DNA of 63,967 bases, filler included, from Pelomyxa schiedti (Eukaryota; Protista; Evosea): assembly GCA_020536535.1 (NCBI GenBank). It is 11 parts of 11 records of this genome, joined end to end, with 100 filler letters (N's around TTAATTAATTAA, not from the genome) between each part and the next. Parts side by side here need not be neighbours in the genome. Positions count along the whole stretch, not along the records: positions 1 to 5,551 come from JAHLWZ010001489.1; positions 5,652 to 21,304 come from JAHLWZ010001153.1; 9 more parts are not named here. One strand, given 5' to 3'. This document shows positions 1-11,057 of this stretch, piece after piece; within the stretch, counting starts at the first letter, position 1, and each line of letters opens with the position of its first letter. The notes under the pieces are model-generated. The model saw nothing but the letters and a program-made list of their open reading frames with translations. It had not been told where the DNA came from and searched no databases. A program made the position numbers and the translations under genes.

Positions 1-1
1 T

Positions 2-330
2 GTCCAGAATCTGTGGAGGAGGATTGTCCTCCACCAGGAGGTCAATTCTCCCTTCGGTTTCATTGGAAACCTCCTTCTGCACTGTCACACCTGCCTGCTT
101 TGCCAGCTGGTAAAGCAAGTTCTTTTTTGTAGTGCTAAAATGTATCCCCACACAGAGGAGTGCACATTGTGGGTCTTTGGGATGGATTGGCACAAAGGGG
201 TCGGAGGAGTGTGACCCACGCGTGGGACGCTCAGGAGTGTTTTTGGTTCATTAGAACCGCCGCTTCCAGCGGTGTTAGAAGGTTGAGATGGTTCTAATCG
301 TTTTCGCAGATCCCACGACATAGCAATGGA
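2..330 (-). pseudogene. Possible degenerate fragment of an RLE-type (CRE/R2-like) non-LTR retrotransposon endonuclease
   Basis: One minus frame (about 2-130) reads NLLYQLAKQAGVTVQKEVSNETEGRIDLLVEDNPPPQILD, resembling LA..AG..V..E......R.D....D. Cys/His remnants lie upstream in other frames. Cut by the window edge. Confidence 0.35.
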
Positions 331-829
331 TAACGTTCGAAGTTGGGGCTGGTCATCAAAGGGTGAATTTGATCAAATCGATTCTGAAACTCACTAGTAT
401 ACGGCCCTAGAAGACAGTATTGATGGCAAGCTTTCATGGTCAAAAAGGTCAGAGTGGCCGCATGCTCCAAATGTTCCATTAAACGACAAAACAAAAAGTA
501 AAAATTCCAACAGGAATTTCCTCATTTTTACCCTGATCTTTTCAAAACGCCAGATAACCAAATGTAAGGAAGGGAGAGGCTGAGGGCTGCTCCAGGTGGC
601 TGATGCTTGTTGAGTGTGAGGCAAAAATCATCCTGCCGTTGCGGGTTACCCGTCGTGGCGAAAATTTGAGGGGTGGGAGCGGCCGATTCCCTACCCTTCA
701 GAGCGATTGCACCAAACTCTCTAGTATCCAGTCTGTGGGCTGCGTTGCCCCATAAATTACCAATTTTTTTTTTAATTTTCTATTCTCTATTCGTCACTTC
801 AATTTATCGGAAAGTGGGCTCCTTTGATT

Positions 830-1969
830 ATGGGTGACACATTGTCTACGGAGTGCAGCACAAGCATAGCCAATTCACGTGTGCATTTATTATTGTAACA
901 CGTCTTATTTCTGTAGACATTTTTTTTTTTTCCAAATTAACCAATAAAACGCGCAGAGTTACAGTCAGCAACAAAGGGATTCTCAAGGTATTGCATAGAC
1001 TTGGCACGTGAGGATGTGTGGTCTGACGCCAAAACGCAAAAGTCGCTTACAATGATGCACGCTACTCTGGCTGATGTGTGTATATCCAACCATTGTCTCA
1101 TTCTAACTTCCACAGTTGAGTGAGAGGGCAAATCACCTTACTCCGGAATCGGAGCCTGAGTGGAAAACAGGGATTAATAATATATGCTCTGAAATCAAGG
1201 ATTTCTTTATGTTGCACCCTATGACACCGGTAGAATGGAAAAAAAGCTTACCCTTGGGAAACTAACGTTTTTCTGTGCAGCCACACCCACTTTCTGCTGA
1301 CCATAAGCAAGCCCTTAAAAGGGTGTTCACTCCTTTCATATACCCAACTACCAATGCAAAACTTATTGCCAACCTCCCGAAAAACCCAGACACGGAAGCA
1401 GAACCTCACAACATTGACGCAAACAATTGTATTACATTGAGAGACTTACCTACAGTAATGAGGCTCTTGGGAGACAATCCTTCTTCCTTTATATTACGAT
1501 GCATAATGTGTGGCTGGGACAAGACCAATGTTTCTCCCTTATGTCGTGCAAACAATCCTAACTTGTAATCAGGAAGGTGTTGTTGAATGGGATGAATTCG
1601 TTGATATCTACACCCACAAGGGAATGCCCTCCAGAAAGCGAGAGGAATCTGTACTGCGGAAAGCTTTTACCGTTTTTGACAAGGTTCACTTTTTCACTCT
1701 CACCGCCAATGACCACTCATGTCCTTGCACATACATAGAATAAAGAAGGTTTAGTTCCGGCTTCGGAACTACGTGCTGCACTGACCACGAGATGGTATAG
1801 GGTTTATCTTACACAGAATATATTATAATAAAATAGTAGTTAATAAGTACCTTGAGTAATGTTTAACAGTGAGAGACTGACTGAGGAGGAAGTCGATGAA
1901 CTATTTACCCTTTCCCCAACAACTAACGGAAGAATCAACTACGAGGACTTCATACAGAAGTTATTGTGA
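830..1969 (+). CDS. Calmodulin-like EF-hand protein, multi-exon, with N-terminal extension (5' exons uncertain)
   Basis: Spliced exons give LKRVF...ITLRDLPTVMRLLGDNP...GVVEWDEFVDIY...VLRKAFTVFDK..EGLVPASELRAALTT..ERLTEEEVDELF...NGRINYEDFIQKLL*. Confidence 0.8.
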
Positions 1970-2012
1970 AAAAACAACTTTGTAAAAAAAAAAGATAATA
2001 TTAGAACATTTT

Positions 2013-2942
2013 TTAGAGCTCCGACTCGTCAATAGCACCAAGGAACAGCAAAAGGGACGGAGTCCGGGCACCAACCTTTTGTTGTGAATTTGCCGGTTAG
2101 TTCTTGACGAGATACATTAAGAAACATACAGAAACCCATCTCTCACGGGTTACATTTCCTGATCCACCCTCAGCCTCAAGTTTCCGGAGAACTCCTTCAA
2201 CAAAGTCCCTTGTCTTGGGGCCACTTCGGCCAAGTGCATCGGCAACACACAGCATGTGCTCAAGGATTTTTACAACCTGTTAATTGTAAGGGACAAAACC
2301 AAAAAAAGTAAAACAAAAACCTCAGGTCTCTCAAGTGTTCCGCTGCCATCAGTATCAAATACACTGAACAAGTAGTTGAGCTTTGATTCAACGGTCCCCT
2401 GTAAAATGTGAGGCGTAGATTTCAAGAAAAGCAAAGGGGGAGTTTAACCTTGCCAAGGGTTGACAGTGCTACAGCCAATTCCTTGAAGGACACTGAGCCA
2501 GAGTGGTCAGTATCAAATGTGTCAAACCTAATGGGATTTTGAGTGCGCGGAGCATTATTAATTATTAAAGGTACAGACAGGCGATTCATGGATTCCGGAG
2601 TAGCACGCTTGAAAATAGGTCGATACTTGAACAACTGCTGGAACTCCTGGAAATATAGGGTCGATAAGCGTGTAGTTTTTCATTTAATTCTTTACTTAAT
2701 GAATTACATTTACTTCAGTTTTACATTTGTTTAAAAAAACAAAAACAAAACACAAGACACAAGACACAAGAGAACAACAACCACACATATATACATACAG
2801 TGCGATCTAGCTCGCCACTGTGGTCGGTGTCCAGCGCGACGAACACCTTGTGCAAGTCGTCCAGCTCCTTCGCGTCAAACGCCGTCACGTGTGTGAGCTC
2901 ATGCACCTCAGACTTGCTTAGACTCGCTGGTTGATTCCCCAT
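2013..2942 (-). CDS. N-myristoylated EF-hand calcium sensor (NCS/frequenin or calcineurin-B-like)
   Basis: Starts MGNQPAS. EF loops DTDHSGELDRTE, DTDHSGSVSFKE and DTDGSGTLERPE; GTVESKLNYLFSVFD. GT-AG introns; ends LLLFLGAIDESEL*. Confidence 0.88.
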
Positions 2943-3214
2943 TACTAGTACTGTGTGCCTCGGGTGGTACAAACGCCGGACAAGCGAGGGGGTTTTTTTT
3001 TTGTTTTGTTTGCCTTCTGTTGCCGTTGAAACGAAACCCGAGGACAACTGCGAAAATCTTCGCAGATGAGATTCCTTGACCCAGAACCCTGCCCCGTAGC
3101 CGACGTCGGGTGTACTCTACTTTTGGAATCTTTCCCCCTGATGAACTTCTCCTCAGTGAATCAATCCCCACCAGGCCTTCTCCGACAGGCAAATCGTCCC
3201 TATTGATTTTGTGA

Positions 3215-5551
3215 ATGTCGAGCCACGACACCCCCTCGTCGTCGTCGTCAGGCGGTGCAGTAACTGCGGCGGCACCAGCACCCCTTCCCCCCACCACCGC
3301 TTCCACATCGACCACACAATCAAACCAACAACAGCCACAAGCAACGACCGCCAGCACCACCACCACCACTACACCCTCATCGGGCATCAACAGTAGTAGT
3401 AGTAGTAGCACTAGCACCGCAGCACAACCCCAGCCCCAGCAGCATAGTGGTGTTGGTGTTGGTGTGGGTGTGGGTGTAGGTGTAGGTGTGGGTAGCAGTG
3501 GTGGCGACGTGGCGATGGTAGGGGTGGGGGTGGGGGCCGGGGCGACCGGTGCGGGTGCGGGGGCGGGTACAGGCACAGGCACAACAACACCGGGGGACGG
3601 TGGTGGTGGTGGCGGGGAGGCCGACCCCGACCCCGATGACGATGCTGACATCGCCCGAGATGATGATGATTACAAGGTGCGTGCGTGCGTGTGTCGGTGT
3701 GTGTCGGTGTGTGTGTAGTGATGGGGGACACTGTGGCCGTGTGTTGGGTGGTAATGTGAAAGCCAAACAAAAGGTGTGGAAGAAACACGTGCCGCTGTTG
3801 TATGAGTTGGTTGTTACTCACGCTTTGGAGTGGTCGTCCCAAACTGTGCAGTGGTTCAGAGAACTGTACGAGTATGTGGTGGTGGTTCTTTTTTCGCCCT
3901 CTCTTTGCGAGATTGCCTTTCGGCTTAAAACCCTCTAGCAATGAAGAAAAGCAGCTCAGAGAGAGGAAGATACTACTGGGCACTATAACGGGACAACCAA
4001 GTGCTCTACCACCCGTTCCTGCTGATCCTGCGGTACCCCCAGCACAACCAGTGGAGGACACAAATAACTATCTCGTCGTCGCCAAAGTGAAGTTGCCCCA
4101 CCCGAATATTCTGCATAATGCTGCTGCCTCTTGTTCTTTCAGTGATTTGAGAGGAGGCATGAAATACCCAAATTCTATACCCAATAAGCATAACACACCT
4201 CAGAGTATGGCGGATACCAAACAGTGGCAGAGAAAGTAGAAACCTTCAGAAAGATACGTCATGATGGGGATATCAATTCGTAATCCCGTGTTCCTTTCTC
4301 CAATTCGCACTAAAAAGTGTGGTAGAGCGAGGTATATGCCCCAAGACACATGCAAAGTTGCCACCAAATCCTCGCCTGATCCCGTGGTGAAGATTTTCGA
4401 TACCGCTTTAACCGACAGTGACACTCCATCCATGATGCTGACAGGACACACCCAAGAAGGGTACTCAAAACCACCAGTACACATAGTATCCTTATCGCAA
4501 AACAGTTTCAGCCTCTCTTGGAGCAACCTTCATCGCGGGGAATTGCTCAGTGGTGCCCAGGATCACTCAATCTGTAGTTGGGATATTGAGGGTGGGACCA
4601 CATCTCCGAAAATAAAAATTGATGAGGCCCACACGGACACTGTAGAGGTTTGTGCCTTTTCTCATCTTTTCTTGCCCCTTTTCTTGTCCAATAGCAAATA
4701 GCACAATTCATTCTCCAAAGGATGTAAGCTGGCACCCAAAGCACGGATCCATATTTGGGTCTGTGGGAGATGATAAAGCATTGAAAATGTACTTCTTCCG
4801 TGGTCTATGCTTTCATTCACTTGTGCTACATAGATGGGACTCAAGAACACTGAAGCAAGTCAAGGTTGTCACTAAAGCTCATCTCAGTGATATTCATAGT
4901 ATAGCATTTAACCCTCAACACGAATTTCTGTTTGCAACTTCGAGTGCCGATTCAGTATACCCGTTTTCTTATTGGCACTATATTTACTCGTATACAGACA
5001 GTAGCTTTATGGGATCTTAGAAATCTCAGTTCAAAGTTGCACACTCTTGTTTCTCACACAGCACCCGTGTTTCCTATTGCCTGGTCTAACTTCAATTCAT
5101 CTGTTCTTGCCTCAGGGTCACAGGATAGGTACCAAATGCCCTTATGATTCCGGTCCGGCATTAACTCCGTTTTAGGCGAGTGCACATTTGGGACCTATCA
5201 CACATCGGCGATACACAGACACCACTACAATCAGTTGATGGTCCTCCAGAACTTATAGTATGAAATTTGCTGCCGTTTTAGGGACGGATTTCTCAATTTA
5301 GCACACAGTTCATACACTGCGGCCACATTGGAGCTGTGACTGACATTGCGTGGGATTGGTATGATCCATGGTTGATTGCCAGTGTTGCAGAAGGCAATAT
5401 GTTGCAGATATGGAAGATGGTATAGACCCCTCCTTTTTCTTCCAGCACTCACACAACGCAGTCTGAGCAATGTATCAATGCGTGCTATTCATCCTGACAT
5501 AAGCCAAGAGTTCTCGGTTTCAAAGAACAACAACAAAAAAAACAGTGGCTG
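3215..5551 (+). CDS. RBBP4: Histone-binding WD40 protein RBBP4/RBBP7/MSI1 (CAF-1 p48 family); 3' end at contig edge
   Basis: KVWKKHVPLLYELVVTHALEW, RARYMPQ, LTGHTQEGY.LSW, VALWDLRNLSSKLHTL, DGPPEL, FTHCGH..AVTDIAW, across many short introns. Confidence 0.95.
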
Positions 5552-5651
5552 NNNNNNNNNNNNNNNNNNNNNNNNNNNNNNNNNNNNNNNNNNNNTTAAT
5601 TAATTAANNNNNNNNNNNNNNNNNNNNNNNNNNNNNNNNNNNNNNNNNNNN
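5552..5651. other. Artificial contig spacer
   Basis: 44 N + TTAATTAATTAA (stops in all six frames) + 44 N. Confidence 0.99.
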
Positions 5652-6962
5652 AATCATGCCAGATGGATGGCAGCTTCTGGAACAACAGCAGGACCGCTTT
5701 GCCTTGGGTGGGATCACTGCAGCCGCCACAGCAATAGGCGGGAGCCCCACCCACTCCCACACCCTCAATGGATCCACTCAGCCTGATGGTGGCCACTCTC
5801 ACGGAAGCTTCGATGGCAGTTTTGGAGTGTACGACGGCTGGGGCCGCGGAGGGCGCCCCGCGTTCGGAATCATTGACAGGAACGGCAGGAATGCGCCTTC
5901 ACTCCGCACGAGTGGTCCCGATGGAATTCACACTCACACCTTTGCCGCCACCACATCCACGGTGAGCAACATCCCTGACTTCATCAAGTTGCCATTTATC
6001 GCATCCAACAGGGACAAGACAAGTGAGTGACAACTCTCCCAATCCTCCTTTTATTCTCACTGACTTTTTTCACAGTGATTCCCGAGAGAGCGATCATTGC
6101 ATGCAGAACCGATTCATTGAACAGGCCCGGGTGGTTATTGTGTGATGGGCAGAATGGAACTCCTGACCTTCGTGACCGATTCGTGCGTGGAAGCAACACC
6201 GGGTTTGGAGAAACCGGTGCAGCCAGTTCCACAACCCACAAGCATGACTGGAGCGCCACAACATCTACCGATGGTAATCACTGCCACACGAGCCTCGGTG
6301 ATTCCGGGTGCTACAAGCGCAACGTGGACAACGGCGGCCTCACTGCCATAGACACGAACGGGCGTGACGTCCCCACGTTGAACACATCGTCAAATGTGGT
6401 CCACAACCACGGCCTGACCGGCTCCACTCAAGTGGCGCCGCCGCTCCCGCCGTTCTGGTCAGTTGCATACTTCATGAGGCAGCCAGGGGCCGGGCCCATC
6501 CACTGCCTGGATGACCTCCCAGAAGGCGTGATCCTCATGTTCCAGGGCGCCCCTGAGGCTATTCCACGCGGCTGGGCCCTGTGCGACGGCAAGGACGGGA
6601 GGCTGAACCTCGTGGGGAGGTTCCTGCGCGGGAGCTCCGCCGCCGCCAGGCCCGACTGCCCAGGGGGCGCCGACGCGACCGTGCACGCCCACGCGGTGGA
6701 CGAGACGAGGATGGTGGGGAGTGGGCAGCACTCGCACAACACGTTCGACCCTGGGTACGGGGTCTACATGAGGAAGATCGTGGGAGGGGACCACCGCGGC
6801 ATCAGCGTGATAGACGCCAACGGCAAAAACCCGGCGGCGTTCGTCACCACCGCGGACGGAGTGCACGGCCACGCCGTCACTGGAGTCAAGACCGCCGAGG
6901 CTGATTCGATGCCCCCGTTCTTCGCCATTCTCTTCCTTCAAAGAACACCCCAGCAGCCGTAG
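5652..6962 (+). CDS. Protein of three tandem phage tail-collar/fibre-tip repeats; 5' truncated by contig edge; one intron at 6023-6075
   Basis: Repeats of P.GW.LCDG..G..DL..RF.RG followed by three HxH motifs and PPF. The intron GTGAGT...CTGAC...CACAG joins ORFs 5656 and 6027 in frame. Confidence 0.85.
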
Positions 6963-7302
6963 TTGTTGTTCACCAAGCACAGGCGCTGTTGTTTGCGATT
7001 CAACACCAACACACTAACAGCTGTTCTGAATTTAAAATCAAATGAAATAATTTGTCGATGTTTTCTACCTGACTCCACTCCAGCACCGTCCAACGACCAT
7101 CGGATCGGGGTATCGCCACTTACGCTCGTACGGGTTAATCTGGGAAGACATTTTGTTTACAAGTCTGTAAGGAGTTCTGGCAAATGTCAAGTAACGACCT
7201 TGAGACCGTACACCCTGTGTCCGAAACATCACCCCGTTTTCAGGGAAGGTTCTTGGAAGAGAACAGTTTTAATATTTCAGAAGCGGTTAATAGTGATTTA
7301 TT

Positions 7303-10300
7303 GTGATGGAAGTTGTTGGGTGTTTTGTGTATCGACCAGACACGCGCGTTGTCCTCGCGTCCCTTGTCAACCAGAAATCAAGCCTCGTCGTGCCCAGAGA
7401 GGCCTCATTCTTCGCCCTATGTTCCTCAGCACTCCTCGACTCTCCCATAATACCCCGCGGGGAGCCGTGCACCGTCGACACTGCCCAGCCGTCGCCGTCA
7501 CCAAAGCGGCACGGCTCCGACTTTTACCAGGCGGTCAAACAGACCATGTCGCTGGGCACCGAATCCCCGTCGAGCACAGTCGCCGAGATCCCGTGGGAAT
7601 CTCTGTCCGCGATCGGCGTCCCTCCCCGCGACGTTTTCTTCGTGGCCGCGGCCGTCCCCTTTGACCCGCCGATTTCGTCCGGCGAGCACGGCCCACTTTG
7701 GGTTGGTGTCGTATCTACGAGGCCGGTCGCTGGCGGCTTACGCGAAGCGGAGCGGGACTCTCTGGTAGTCAGGAGTGTGCTCTATGCGGGGAGATTTGAG
7801 CTCCAAGTTGAACTCATTCCTACTACTACAGAGATGGTATTCAGCATTTGGGTTACAAAAACACAAACCTAAATTTAAAAAATACTCAAAAAATAGAGCT
7901 CTGAAAAAGTTGCGTTCAGTGACCACGTCTAGTGGGCATTGTTCTACTTCTCTTACAATACTCTCTAGAGCTATCCTGCCAATGTGCGGCATTTAATGGA
8001 AGTATTTGTAAATCAGCTGACAATTGATGAAGAAGAGGGAGTGAGGCAGGAAGAAATGTGTGGCTTATTCCATGAAGAAAACCGAATTCCACTTGTTTCA
8101 GTGCAGGTCGAGGTAGAAATTTTAGATTTCATTGCCAAGGTATTTTCACTCAAGGAGCGTGCACTGACAGTAACCACCTGTAGGTTAATCTAAGGCACAC
8201 CTACGTTAATCATGGCGCAACCCATCCTATTGAATGCATTTTCTTTTTCCCACTGAGTGACAAATCCACAATATGCAAGTAGGTAATTTCGATTTCGTAA
8301 TGTCTTACAATTGACCAAATAAAGGTTCTTTGTTGTTGTTGGAGGCAATACCATCAACGGAGTTTTAGAAGAGAAAGGGAAAGCAGAAAACGTGTATAGT
8401 GATGCCATTTCCTCGGGACATAGTGCCTTTTTAATCGAATACATCAGTGAAGGTAAAGTGTGCTGCTCCTAAGTTTCTGTCACTGATTCTCTTCAAAAGA
8501 TCTGTTCAAAGCAAGTATCGGCAACCTCGCTCCAAAAGAGGAAGTTGTTGTAAACATAACATATCTTTGTGAGCTAGGTACTGGCAAGAATAATTCCGTT
8601 TTTCATCTCCCAACCTCATACACACCGAAATATCAGACAGCATTCTCCCCACCTGAAGAGCCATCAACCTCCTCAGTGTGCGACTATATCGTCACCATGG
8701 CAGTCACAATACAGAATAGCACGCCTATTACTGGATTGAGTTGCCCCAATCTATCTGATACAAAAATTTCCAAACATATAAATGGTTGTACTGCAACGCT
8801 CACAGCAAGGTTATCTCCAGGTGACCTCGCACATGACTTCACATTGTTGATTGCTCAAGACAATGTGACAACCCCAAGAATCTTAATTGAGCGTGATACA
8901 GTGAATGTAAATTCTCTGGCCGTAATGATAACCCTCCAGCCAAGCATTGTAACCTCTACTGTCAATTCCGAGATTATTTTCATTGGTACCATGAACTAAT
9001 TATTTATTCAACAAAGGCTGAGTTCTCACTTTAACCAAAAAACAAAAAAAGTTGACCAATCTGGAAGTATGCTTAATACAATTTACTATGTTTCCCGGGC
9101 TTTGATACACTTTCTCTCGATTTTACCACCGGAATGCATGTTTAACATCATTGGATTTGGAACTACATGGGGGAGTTTATTTCCCAACAGTGTGTTTGCC
9201 ACTTCTGAGAACCTTGTGGCGGCAAAGAGGCATGTGCACTCCCTAGCAGCCTCTCTTGGCGGCACAAATATATTGGAACCACTGAAGCATGCCCTTGGCT
9301 CGGCTCCAATTGAAAATTACAGCAGACAGATAATACTTTTCACTGACGGTGCTGTTGATAATACCCAAGAGGTTTGCGAGTGTGTGAGACAGAATTGCGG
9401 GGATTCCAGAGTGTTTGCGTTTGGTTTAGGTGCCGGCGTCTCCAGAAGTTTGGTAAGAGGAATTGCGTATGCCGGGCATGGACAAGCTGAATTCATTGCA
9501 CGTTCCTCTGATATAGAGAGTTCTGTCGAAGCTCAGTTAAGTCGGGCTCTGGAATCTGCCCACACACAAGTCTCTGTCAGATGGGATGGGGACCATCCCT
9601 TGTGGACAGCACCAGCACATATTCCAGCTCTGTTCAACAATTCCAAGGTTGTTCTGTATGGAGTTTTTGCAAAGTCTCTTCCACTATCTGGAACAGCGAC
9701 AGTATCAGCAAGAGGCACCAATACAAGCAAACCAATTGAGTGTATGATCAACTTCGGAGGTCTTTTATTTGGGTTTTTTTATTATTTCGAAACTAACGTA
9801 TCACAGAGTCAACACCGCTTACAAGTTGTATCATTCACGCCTTGGCAGCAAAAGAGCGTATATGTGACCTAGAATTCCAAGGAGAGAGTGCAAAGGAGCA
9901 AGTTATCGCCATTTCTAAGCAATATAGCATTCTATCGAAATACACTTCGTTTGTATGCATATCGAAGCGTACCTCGGCAGTCACTACATCTATGCAAACG
10001 CATCACATTCCAGTTGCAAAGCCAACATCAACGTACGGGCTCGCCGGACTTGTTTCCTACTTACTCTTCCAGGGCTATAACAGGTTGCGTTTGTTGGAGA
10101 GCTGCCTCTATTGTATACAAGAAAAATGAGCTCCTTCTTGACTTTAATGAGCATGTGATTGTGCAAATATCACCTGCGAACATTGCCAAGTGCAGTGAAG
10201 TTTGGCTCGGTACCACTAAATAAGCTCACAAAATCAAATGTAAGGTCTGTGGAAATGTTGTGGCAACTTCTCGTCTGTCTTATTTCCCTGAAGTCAAAAT

Positions 10301-11001
10301 GGCATTAGCTGGAGGTGAACTTGGAACTGCTTTCCTCTCTGAATCAAATTCCACCCACCAGTGTGTAAGGTGGCGCAATGTAGTGCCAGGAGCACCAGTG
10401 TTTAACTTTGAATTTACCCCGCCGGATGGAAAGTTTGAACTGATGACTTATCACCTTACCCCACCACCAACTCACCCTCTCCCAGTGAATGCCTCTCTTG
10501 TCTGGCAGCCTGTCAATAGGTTCACCATTAAAATCAAAGCACACATTACAACCGGCACATGCTCAGCGCTCTCCACTGCAACCAACAAGCCAACACCGAA
10601 GGGGATAACTCTGGTTCTTACTGTTCCGGGATGCATTTCTGTTCCCTGTAAGTCACGTCATTCCGATGGAACTGTTGCATTGGATGCCGGGAATCAATGC
10701 GTACATTGGATACTCAAATCGGCAGCCTGGAACCATTCCTACTCCAGTGAGTTCACTGTTGACATTGCCGAGGAAATACATTCCCTTCCTCCAGCCGAAG
10801 TAAACTTCACAGTGAGCATTCCACCCCTCCCGTAATTCGTTATTTCCACTGACAGGTTTCTCACAGATAAGCCAGTGGCTCTTCACCGGAGTTCACGTTC
10901 AACAAATTGACGTGATAGGAAAAGGCCTTGAAAAAGTGACCAAAATGGCTCGGTTTGAAACCACAGTCACAATCCACCTCCCTTGCACCAAGGCCACTTA
11001 A
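7303..11001 (+). CDS. Multi-exon fusion: unknown N-terminal domain + VIT + VWA (VWA5A-like) + mu homology domain
   Basis: VIT: HPIECIFFFPL..GVLEEKGKAENVYSDAISSGHSAFLIE..FKASIGNLAP. VWA: IIFIVDQSGSM, LGGTNI, ILFTDG, VFAFGLG. VWA5A tail: SKQYSILSKYTSFVCI. MHD: SYFPEVKMAL, HQCVRW, FTPPDGKFELMTY, VHWIL, VNFTISQWLFTGVHV. Confidence 0.75.
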
Positions 11002-11057
11002 TTCGTAATCAAAATTTTCATTACGTCCTTTTTTTTTTTATCAGAATTTGGTACCAA

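Noticed and set aside
5652-11001. Tail-fibre gene next to a VWA gene as a possible prophage or contractile-injection-system cluster
   Set aside because: The VWA gene is an intron-rich eukaryotic VWA5A type, and no sheath, tube, baseplate, capsid or integrase genes are visible.
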